DNA from: Perkinsela sp. CCAP 1560/9
Lineage: Eukaryota > Protista > Euglenozoa: Kinetoplastea
Assembly: GCA_965644495.1 (NCBI GenBank)
Contig: CBFFSA010000002.1
Coordinates: forward strand, 868,001 to 932,000
DNA length: 64,000 bases
Direction of reading: 5' to 3'
Below, piece by piece: positions 45,903 through 55,690 of the stretch (its first letter is position 1; every line of letters starts with the position of its first letter). The position numbers were made by a program, and so were the translations under genes. The notes under the pieces were generated by a model. The model was given only the letters and a program-made list of their open reading frames with translations, searched no databases and was not told where the DNA came from.

Positions 45903-46943
45903 ATTTCCCCCCTGTATCGCTATTGCGAATGCTGCACTTTCTTTGAAACAAAGAAAGGAAAGAAAAGGGCATGTGTTACCCTCAAGCACAGTGCTAGCAA
46001 GCACAAAAGTGAAGCTCAGATTTACGAGCAATGGCAACATTGTGTTGCTAAAGAAGGTGAATTATACACCTGCAAAGAATGTGCAAAAGCGAGCATTCGG
46101 GTGGGACTGACAGTTCCCCTGATGAAGCGGCACTTACAGGAACATTCAAAAGGATTACACACCATTTGTGAACTTTGTTCCTTTTTTCAAGAATTCATGG
46201 GAAAACCCCCCGTATTGAGCGTACCGTATCACAACAAGTGCGTGAAACACAAGCGTGAAAAAGAAATTTTTGACGCATGGAAAAACCTTCGAATTGAAGG
46301 TGACATTGCCAATGGCTTTCGATGCACAGCATGTGCAGGAACATATGGCGATCAAAACCGTGAGAGTCACATTTTCAAGTATGACGACATGCGTAAACAT
46401 GTTTTAGAACATGGGCGCGGGGATCATTCCCATTGCAAAGAATGCTCCTTCTTCGAGGAGTTGCAAGGGAAACCTCCCATACGATGTACTCGAGATCACC
46501 TCTCTAGTAAGAATCACCTTACCGAGAAGGCATTGTATGACATGTGGATGGACCTTGAGGTGCAAGGTACCATGTCTGCAGGCTCTCAATGCACGAAATG
46601 TGCTACAACACAGGATCGAAACCCTTCGTCATACACGTTTATGTACGACTGCATGCGCAAACATGTTTTCGAACATGGGCGCGGAGACCACGACATTTGT
46701 GAAGCATGCTCCTTTTTCGTGGGTACGCAAGGACAACGTCCTATCTTGAAAACTCGAGATCATATTTCGAGTATCAGCCACGAACACGAACAGCAACTGT
46801 TCGAACTGTGGAACGAGCTTCCCATAGCTCACGCAAGCTCGGGCACGGAAGCCGGTTACAAGTGTCTTGCGGATGCTTGTTCCGGTGAAGTGATGAGCCT
46901 CGGCGCTGCAAGAAAGCACGTCGAAAAAAGCAGGGGTCCCTAA
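45903..46943 (+). CDS. 5'-truncated protein made of ~90-aa Cys/His (zinc-binding) repeats
   Basis: The frame is open from about 45880. Repeated unit CxxC...MRKHVxEHGRGDHxxCxxCSFF...RDHxSSxxHxxExxLxxxW, about three and a half copies. Confidence 0.6.
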   Translation: MSPLYRYCECCTFFETKKGKKRACVTLKHSASKHKSEAQIYEQWQHCVAKEGELYTCKECAKASIRVGLTVPLMKRHLQEHSKGLHTICELCSFFQEFMGKPPVLSVPYHNKCVKHKREKEIFDAWKNLRIEGDIANGFRCTACAGTYGDQNRESHIFKYDDMRKHVLEHGRGDHSHCKECSFFEELQGKPPIRCTRDHLSSKNHLTEKALYDMWMDLEVQGTMSAGSQCTKCATTQDRNPSSYTFMYDCMRKHVFEHGRGDHDICEACSFFVGTQGQRPILKTRDHISSISHEHEQQLFELWNELPIAHASSGTEAGYKCLADACSGEVMSLGAARKHVEKSRGP

Positions 46944-47631
46944 AACTTTAAAAACTTTATTATAGTACTTTTATAGTACTAGAAACTTTTTTAGTCTCTT
47001 CGTTAAACGCGGTGGTTGTTTTCAACTTAGAAGTCACTCATGCTGTGCGCTTCACGTTGAAAACTACCACCGCGTTTAACGAAGAGCCTAAAAAAGAAAA
47101 ATATCCAAAAGATCATGAATAATCTACTTTTTTGGAGGTAAAAGCTCGATTTTTCGGCAAAAATTGCGAAAATTTACACCGAATTTGGGCCATTTTGGAT
47201 GCCTTCCCAGTAGGGGCAGGAGTCGAATCTGTCGATAAAAACGTCGTAGAATGGTAGCTGAGGTCCCAAACTCTTAAAATACGATTTAGGAGTCGATTTG
47301 GGAAAAATAATATTTTTACTTTTTTTGGGTCAAAAAATCTTTTGCGTCAAAAATCTTTTTTGGTCACCCTAAAAATTTCGGAATTTTTGACCTTGTCGGA
47401 CCCCTCCTGCGCGTACCAGGCGGGGGGGGTACCCCCAGGGGGTATGGAAAATTATCGCCGCGGCCTACTCTACCACTTCCCTGCGCTCGATTTTGAAAAG
47501 CAAAAAATTCGAAAAATCCAGGCGCATGCCCATGGACCCCTCCTGGACCCCCCCCCTGGACCCCACATTTTTTTGAATTTTTTTTCAGTTTTGGACCGCC
47601 GGGGCCCTCTTTTGCATTTTTTTCTTCTATT

Positions 47632-49288
47632 GAGGGAGATACTACTCCCTCGCTACCGTAGGTTAATTGCGGTGGTTGTAAAACTACCGCTCTACACTCG
47701 ATTATTGAAAAAAAAGTGAACAAAAACAGTGGAAATATAAAGGGGAACACAGTAATATAATAGAAGAAAAAAATATAAAAGGGGGCTCCGGTGGACCAAA
47801 ACTGAAAAAAAAAATTGAAAAAAATGGGGGGTCCATGGGGGGGGTCCAGTGGGGGTCATGGTCGAGCAAATTTTTTCGAAAAAATTAGTTTTCGAAGAAA
47901 AACCGCAGAAAGGGTAGCCGGGGTCTTGGCGCGCATTTTCCACCCCCCTACCCGGGGGTGACCCCCCCGCGTATCCACAGGACGGGTCCGCCAAGTTCGG
48001 ATTTTTTCGGAAAAAAAAATTTGAAAAAAATTTCAACTTGGCGAAAAAAATGACAAAAAAAAGTATTTTTCCAAAATCGTTTCCCCTATTGTATTTTGAT
48101 AGTTTGGGACCTACACTAGCTTTCTCCGCAGTTGTTTTCGCAAGGTATCCCTTCTTCGAACCGTGGTGCGCCCCTCAAAATGACCCATTTTTGACTAAAA
48201 AAGGTGAAAAAATATTTTTCGGACCTAAAGGGGCATTTTTGTGTCGAAAGAATGGTATGGTTGGAGTCATATTCTCTACCCAATACGTTCGGTAGGCTTC
48301 CATTCATGCCTACGAGTCATTTCCCACGCGCGAATGTCGGATTTCACGCTCTGAAAGCAAAAATACGCGAAAATCACCCCATTTTTACCCGAAATTCGGC
48401 TATTTTTGGCTATAATCTTTCCGTTTTCCAGGCTAAATTTTCTTTTTTAGTCTCTTCGTTAAACGCGGTGGTAGTTTTCAACGCGAAGCGCGCAGCATGA
48501 GCGACTTCTAAGTTGAAAGCAACCACCGCGTTTAACGAAGAGCCTAAAATTCGCCGTGTCCGATTTATGGCCCGATTTCGTGCCCGATTTCATACCCGAT
48601 TTCATGCCCGATTTCGTGCCCGGTGTCGTTTCAGGTGAGTTTTCGAAAAAAATGTTTACAAAGACGTATGAATCGAATTGAGTGACAAGATTACTAGCTT
48701 TTCAACAATTCCGATGGGTACCCCCTGCCCCCCCCCCCTCCCCACCAGGGTGATCATAGCAATTTTTGAAATTTGAAAAAAAAATTGAAAAATTATGTGT
48801 GAAAGTCAAAAAATATATTTTTCCCAAATCAACTCCTAGACCGTTTTTTGAGAATTTGGGGCCTGATATACCTGTATGCGCTTTGATTTCATTCGATATT
48901 TCTTCAGTCTGCCATGGTAATGCACCTTCAAAGTCCAAAATTCACCCGCAAGTGTGTAACACGCAAGGCCTTAGAGGAAGGAGGAGGCGCAAGGCAAAAA
49001 GCAGAAGGCGGAGCCTTCTGTCTTTTTGCCGCGGCGACGCCGACTTCCTCGCGTGGGAAGCTGTAAGATGTCCTAGGGAGCATGTTTCGATGGCTATGCA
49101 ACCCAGCTAAAGTGGACGAGGGAGGTACTAAAGGCACATTTGGCAAACTACCACAAAACTGGAACAGTATCTCCCGTTAAATTCTTGGGTCACATCAGAA
49201 TGCTTAACAAACCGGGGGATACCGTTCCAGTTTTGTGGTAGTTTGCCAAATGTGCCTTTAGTATCTCCCTCGTCCACTTTAGCCTGGG
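47632..49288 (+). mobile_element. Family-Y Helentron-like non-autonomous element inserted at TT
   Basis: 5' subTIR GAGGGAGATACTA plus inverted repeat CTCCCTC. 3' ~185-bp palindrome (about 49103-49287) ending TAGTATCTCCCTC-GTCCACTTTAGCCTGG. TT on both sides. Confidence 0.8.
47669..48549 (+). mobile_element. Family-X element nested in family Y at TT
   Basis: Inverted near-identical copy of 4411-5310, flanked by TT. Removing it restores the Y sequence seen near 49445. Confidence 0.85.
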
Positions 49289-49410
49289 TTATATTACTGT
49301 GTTTCTCTTTACATTTTCACTGTTTTTGTTCACTTTTTTTTTCAATAATCGAGTGTAGAGCGGTAGTTTTACAACCACCGCAACTTTTAAATACTATACA
49401 TAAAACTTTA

Positions 49411-50571
49411 TTGAGGGAGATACTATTCCCTCGCTACCGTAGGTTAATTCGTCGCGCCGGATTTGTGGCCCGATTTCGTGCCCGATATCGTTTCAGGTGA
49501 GTTTTCGAAAAAAATGTTTACAAAGACGTATGAATCGAACTGAGTGACAAGATTACTAGCTTTTCAACAATTCCGATGGGTACCCCCTGCCCCCCCCCCC
49601 TCCCCACCAGGGTGATCATAGCAATTTTTGAAATTTTCAAAAAAAAAAACCAAAAATTTATGGGCGAAAGCGAAAAAATAATTTTTTCCCAAATCAACTC
49701 CTAGACCGTTTTTTGAGAGTTTGGGGCCTGATATACGTGTGTACACTTTGGTTTCATACGATATTTCTCCACCCCGTTCCGGTAATACACCTACAAAGTC
49801 AAAAATTTACCTGGAAGTGTGTGACACGCAAGGCCTTAGAGGAAGGAGGAGGCGCAAGGCAGAAGGCAACGACGACTTCCTCGCGTGGGAAGCTGTAAAG
49901 CGCCATATGGAACATGTTCGGATGGCTATGTAATCCAGGCTAAAAAGTAATCCAGGCTAAAAGTGGACGAGGGAGATACTAAAGGCACCTTTGGAAAACC
50001 ACCTCGAAACTGGAACGGTATCTCCCGTTTGTAGAGCATTCTGATGTGGCAAAAGGGTCTTTAACGGGTGATACCGTTATATACCGAAAAAATAATTTTT
50101 TCCCAAATCAACTCCTAGACCGTTTTTTGAGAGTTTCGGGCCTGATATACGTGTATACGCTTTGGCTTCATTCGATATTTCTCCACCCTGTTCCGATACA
50201 ACCTACATAGTCCAAAATTTACCTGGAAGTGTGTGACACGCAAGGCCTTAGAGGAAGGAGGAGGCGCAAGGGAAAAAGGCAGAAGGCGGAGCCTTCTGCC
50301 TTTTTGCCGCGGCGACGCCGACTTCCTCGCATGGGAAGCTGTAAAGCGCCATAGGGAGCATGTTCGGATGGCTATGTAATCCAGGCTAAAGTGGACGAGG
50401 GAGATACTAAAGGCACCTTTGGAAAACTACCTCGAAACTGGAACGGTATCTCCCGATTTGTAAAGGATTCGGATGGGACAAAAGAATCTTTAACGGGAGA
50501 TACTGTTGCATTTTTGTGGTGGTTTTCCAAAGGTGCCTTTAGTATCTCCCTCGTCCACTTTAGCCTGGATT
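49411..50571 (+). mobile_element. Second family-Y element, with an internal ~400-bp duplication
   Basis: Same 5' hairpin and 3' palindrome (50381-50568). About 49675-50075 is repeated at about 50090-50490. Confidence 0.8.
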
Positions 50572-53500
50572 CTGTGTCCGCCGAGGGCGTTTGCCTTGCG
50601 AGGACAAGCTATGACGTAGATCAGAATCTGTGCGAGGATTGTTTTGTTTGGGAGTGCGTCCTGTGCATGGGTCCAAAAGCGCTGCGCCTGCTTTATCGTT
50701 TACGTCTTGCACGGAGGTAGTAAATCCTTGAGCTTCCAAGGGGTCCCAGTCGTCCATGTCGGCGGCGTGAGCGACAGATGAAACGTATGCTACCGTTGCG
50801 TGCAGTGTAGACGATCTGAGACCGAAGCCTCCGTGGCGCTTCCTGCGTAGTATTTGATCACGTGCGTGGAGGTTCAGGGGAAAAAGTGCCCACTCTACAG
50901 CCGTCATGACAGAGTCGTCTAGTAAAAAGCAAAGATGGGTAAGGGCCTGTGGGGGTGCAGTTAGGAGGGCGTATACCATCTGACAGAACTCCGTGCATTG
51001 ACGGATTAGAGCACTGGCCACTTGGGGGTCTCCTATTAAAACTATGGCGGCTAGGGTCTCACGTGCTGGGTCGATGGCGTGCTGCATCAGGAACTCCGCG
51101 CAGTGCTCGTCCGACCCGATCGGGCTCCCAAGGATACCGAAGGTCCCGTCATGCCGGATTTTCGCCTTTGGGATCTCGGGAAAAAGCGTTGTGAGATGAG
51201 CCGAGGAAGGTGGCGTTATGATTTCACTTTTCGCAGGATTCAAGAAAAGTCCGCACCGGGGGCCAACTTCCGAAAAAACGTCCAACGCCTTTCTGACCTC
51301 CACAGCCTCTCCCATAAGAACCCCATCGTCGATGTACCACAGTTGCGAGTCAAGGTTTGATCGGGATGCTATCTCTTCCGTCACCTCAGAAAGCACTAGA
51401 TAAAGATACAGTTTCTGTACCTTGTTGGTACATTTTTCTAGCCCTTCCTTTCTTTTCCCGGAAACGGGCATATTCTTAATTTTTAAATGCCCGTTTCCGG
51501 CTGACGGCTAGATGGAACTGTCCCTCTTTGTTGCGGAAGTAGGGGAAGCACTTCGCACTCTTCACCCCTCCCCGGCGCGCTCTCTTCGAGTGAGCTTTCT
51601 TCCCTCCCCGGCTCTCTACTTCTCGTGCTTTCTTCTCCCGGGATCTATGCGCCATGGTGGCCTCCTTTGAGGACCACTGGGCGTTCTACAGCGGGAGGAC
51701 ACGTTGTATGCGTGTATAGGGGATGCGAACTTGCACCCCTCTCTCCCTACATGCTGTAGCGAGTGCGGCGGTAACGGACCTCCCCATGATGCATCATGAT
51801 CCACGATAGACCATCTTACCGCCTGAACCCACGGCTTGACCGTGTTGCAGCATGAACCATGGCTATACGTGCTGTAGCATGACCGATGGGCGACTCGTCT
51901 CCTACCTCGCACTCCACTCTCTGTGTGACACCCGTCGTATGCGGGTCATGCGCTGATGGTATCGGCCGTCACACAGAGAGACGTATCTCTGCGCCACGAG
52001 CGTATGATCATAACCGAATAAAATTGGGCCTAAAGGATCACCTTGTTGCACGCCTTCGGCTGAAGGGATGAAATTGTTTCCATACGTGAGGCAAATCGGA
52101 CTTGAGTAGCACGATTCTACCCAGGTCGAAAGTTCCGGAAAATGTAGGCGCGTGAGAAGAGCGAAGACGGGTCTGCTGACGTTGTTAAAAGCGTTTCGCA
52201 GATCAACCTTGCAGAAAATCAGCTTGTCGCTCCCCATGTTGTTGAGCATAGTTTTCCGACAGAGATGAATCACTCGTTCGGCCCCCGCAGATGCGGCAAC
52301 ACCGTATTGGCGTCCACGGAATAACGTTCCCGCCTTCTCCTTTACGGCGAGGCATGCTGCCTTTCTTACTAGGCGCCTTAGGGTTTCGCCCGCCGCAATG
52401 GGCCGTACGTCGTCTTTGCCTTTCTCCAGAGCGCAAAGCCTAGCTCCTGCATAGAACTGCTGAACTTCAGGCGGCGCCTTTCCCTCGAGTAAGTGGTTCA
52501 CGAGGCGTGTGGGAGCTGAGAGAGGATTTACGTTTTTGTCCTCGTGTTCCAAAATAGCCGACTGGAGATGCTCAGGAAGGAGGCCCATTGTACCGGCGGA
52601 AGACCCCCTGTGAAAGCTTTGAACCGCATTCCTGACCTCTGCTTCTTGCCACTGTAGAGGGGCACCCTTAATCGGCGGTGGATCTTCCTCGAGGGGATTT
52701 TCGTGGGGCTCTGGTTGTTTTTCAAACAGCCTGGCAAGGGTCTCCTCGTTGTCCGGGGCCATGGTAGCTGCAGATATGGCGGCCATTCCTCTAGAGAATT
52801 CACCCTGACGCACCAAGAGCTCTGCTCTTATTGCCGCTCTATCTTCGTCACTTTATGGGTTCCTGGGCTTCGAGCGTTTTCTCTCGCCATCCTTCAGGGC
52901 TTGGTCCCAGAGGAGAAGGTAGTCTCCACCGAGCCAGAGCTCCATGCGTTTTTCCACATATGTGGAGTACGATGTGCGCCCTTTACGACCGCCACGGTAA
53001 GGGGCCGGGAGAACGCACTTCGGAAGCATCGCGAGGAGGGTCCAGGCCTGCACCGTGTTTTCTTTGACAGCGGATGTTAAAGCTTCACTCAAAATTCTGG
53101 CCCACAAGAATCTGCAGCAATTGGGGACGTCCTTACAGGTGCTTAAAGGAAGTGAACAAACTGAGATAAGAGGTGGAAGTGGATCAACTGGATGCTCTTC
53201 ATTTATTTTCTCCGAAAAAGACGTCGGCATGGGCGGGGTTAGTGATCGAACGGGTTGGTTTCGTCCTTTACAGTGCTTAAGGTGAGAGTTCTGTTTGATT
53301 TTGTCGTAATGTCGGATGCAATCCTTGCAAAGGAATCTACCTTCCTTTTCCCACCAATCAGTTGAAATATTTTTACCATTTCGGTGAGCTACATAATTGT
53401 AGAACGCTTGCCATTGCTCTCCGTGTGGGGGAGTCTTCCAGGTGCAACCTGCCGCTGGGCATTCACGTTGTATGGCGTATTGTGGAGTGGAATTCGGTGT

Positions 53501-53700
53501 TTTGCGTTTCGGAGTCTTGGTTGCAGGTGAAGCGTTGGTGTCAGGGTTCGCTTGAGGCTGTGTCATGTTTGTTCGTATGACGAGGGAGTGATTCGTCTCC
53601 TCATTGTCTGTTATCTTCCCCGTGTCTGGCGTGGGTTTCTCTCCGTCTATCCTGACAGCTCGTCTTGTCCAGTATTCGGGCACATTCTCGGGAATAGGGG
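50572..53700 (-). mobile_element. CRE/SLACS-clade-like non-LTR retrotransposon (ZnF plus RT), degenerate and 3' truncated
   Basis: Zn fingers CPAAGC and CKDC..H..HC, then LPKCVL, DVRPIAAGETLRRL, KVDLRNAFN, GVQQGDPLGPILF, WYIDDG, GLFLNPAKS, LGSPIGS, GGFGLRS. Confidence 0.85.
51401..52013 (+). other. 613-bp insertion headed by a spliced-leader exon remnant; non-coding and hairpin-rich
   Basis: Removing it restores the RT frame GPILF-G-LVLSEV. It begins (GA)TAAAGATACAGTTTCTGTACCTTGTTG (51399-51427). Confidence 0.8.
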
Positions 53701-53717
53701 TGGTGTAAAGGAGTTCA

Positions 53718-53907
53718 TTGCGGTGGTTGTAAAACTACCGCTCTACACTCGATTATTGAAAACAAAGTGAACAAAAACAGTGAAAATATAAAGAGGAACA
53801 CAGTAATATAATAGAAGAAAAAAATATAAAAGGGGGCTCCGGTGGTCCAAAACTGAAAAAAAAAATTGAAAAAAATGGGGGGTCCAGGGGGGGGGTCCAG
53901 GGGGGGT
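53718..53907 (+). mobile_element. 5' fragment of a family-X element
   Basis: TT-GCGGTGGTTGTAAAACTACCGC..., matching 47667 onward. Confidence 0.8.
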
Positions 53908-54373
53908 GTGCGGGTCGCGCACTGAGAACCTATGCCTGCTACTTCCGCAGGAAATAGCATAGTGTATGCCTGCTACTTCCGCAGGATTGTGTATTTTTGT
54001 CTTATATTGCATCACCTAGTTTACCTGTCTGGAGGCAAGGCTCGACTGCGAGCGAAGCCCACGTCTAGAGGCAAAAGCCCACGTTTGCGAGCAAGGCCCA
54101 ACTGTGAGCGTAGCCCTGCGACAGAATTGAGGGAGATACGGAGTATCTAACTCGCTTACTAAGGTTAATTCCAAAACTTGAAAATGCCCCTCAAAGAAGT
54201 GAGAGATCGAGTTTTTTCAAAATTTTAAAACGTAGCAGTAGCTCATTAGATGAACTCTTTAATACTCGAAGAATCATCTACAACGACCTCATTTCCCAAA
54301 TTGTAGAACACTTTTGGTAAAAAAAGTGCGTCTGCAAAGGTCTGCGATACGACAAACTGGTTGACTAAGGAGA

Positions 54374-54455
54374 GTCCTTTGAGTAGTCCAGTTGGTAAAG
54401 GGGGTCCATTTTGACGCTGGATGTCCGCGGTTCGATTCCCGGCATCGACATTTTT
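54374..54455 (+). pseudogene. tRNA-like Pol III unit (A box, B box, T-run terminator)
   Basis: TAGTCCAGTTGG, anticodon-like stem TCCA...TGGA, GGTTCGATTCCCGG, then TTTTT. The acceptor stem is imperfect. Confidence 0.55.
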
Positions 54456-54629
54456 GAACAAAAAAAATTATATGCTCAAAATCGCGAAAAAAACAAATTC
54501 AGAACGATTTTTTTTTTCAGATTTTTTTTTCTTGAAAAAAGTGGCCAGCTGGCCACCAAAAACACGGTTTGCATTTTGTATATATATAGAGAGAGAAAAA
54601 TAATGTGCAGGTCCGAGTGGTACAGTGTG

Positions 54630-55252
54630 TAGCTACAGTGGCCCTTGAGAGAGTGAGAGCAGTGCCACGTGAGGCAGTGATTGCACAGTGATGCAGTGCA
54701 GCTGCAGTGGCACGTGCGAGAGTAAGAGTAGTGCCACGTGAGGCAGTGACTGCAGTGTAGCTGCAGTGGCACGTGAGAGAGTAAGATTACTGCCACGTGA
54801 GGCAGTGACTGCAGTGATGCAGTGCAGCTGCAGTAGCACGTGAGAGAGTAAGTGTACTACCACGTGAGGCAGTGATTGCAGTGTACATACAGTGGCAGAG
54901 TGACAGGCAGTGCTACGTGAGGCAGTGACTGCAGTGATGCAGTGCAGCTGCAGTAGCACGTGAGAGAGTGAGAGTACTGCCACGTGAGGCAGTGACTGCA
55001 TCGGCACTGTACCTACAGTGGCACGTGAGAGAGTGAGAGCAGTGCCCCGTGAGGCAGTGATGCAGTGCAGCTGCAGTGGCACGTGCGAGAGTAAGAGTAG
55101 TGCCACGTGAGGCAGTGACTGCAGTGATGCAGTGCAGCTGCAGTAGCACGTGAGAGAGTGAGAGTACTGCCACGTAAGGTAGCGACTGCATCGGCACTGT
55201 ACCTACAGTGGCACGTGAGAGAGTCAGAGCACTGCCACGTGGGGCAGTGACT
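54630..55252. repeat. Minisatellite of ~55-65-bp units rich in CACGTG and CTGCAG
   Basis: Variants of GTGAGGCAGTGACTGCAGTGATGCAGTGCAGCTGCAGTGGCACGTGAGAGAGT, about ten units. Confidence 0.85.
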
Positions 55253-55348
55253 CACGTTGAGTGAGTCCACTGAGTGAGTCCCACGGGGGTGGGAGAGTGT
55301 TGTGGAAGAGTGGCCAGCTGGCCATGTTGTGGAAGGGTGGCCAGCTGG

Positions 55349-55690
55349 AATGAATATAAACGCCTCAAGTACAACGCCCTATTACACGAACGACGAACAG
55401 TGCACCCGAACACGTACCTCCTCGTATTCGAAATTGGAGCACGAGGTGGTCTGGTAGCCTCCTCAGCGGATATTAATCGTTTGTTTGGAGGGGACGAAGA
55501 TTTGGGGGCTAAATGTCGGGCGTCACTCTCCCGAGCTGCTATCCGTTCCAGCTTCTTATTATGGCATAAGCGTGATTCCCCGCAATGGAGCGATGCAGAG
55601 ACACTCTCCGCATAAGGGATGCACCCAACAGCGTCATATGCGCAAGTTAGTTACATCCTCAAAATACTCTATCTTAAAAGATATCATCAT
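55349..55690 (+). mobile_element. 5'-truncated 3' end of an RLE-type (R2/NeSL/HERO-like) non-LTR retrotransposon inserted in the satellite
   Basis: KRLKYNAL...VFEIGARG...SRAAIRSSFLLWHKR, then a 3' UTR ending ATCATCAT. 55597-55690 is duplicated at 56321-56414. Confidence 0.7.

Larger units (their letters stand above)
46989..49383 (-). mobile_element. Family-X variant element (outer shell of a triple nest)
   Basis: 3' palindrome at about 46990-47090. The 5' end ...ACAACCACCGCAA is at 49371-49383. Interrupted at TTCTA|TT|ATATTAC, which is intact in the copy near 5210. Confidence 0.75.

Noticed and set aside
51428-52013. Telomerase RNA or RNase P/MRP identity for the SL-headed insert
   Set aside because: No CCCTAA-type template and no convincing P4 pairing seen. 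Left unassigned.
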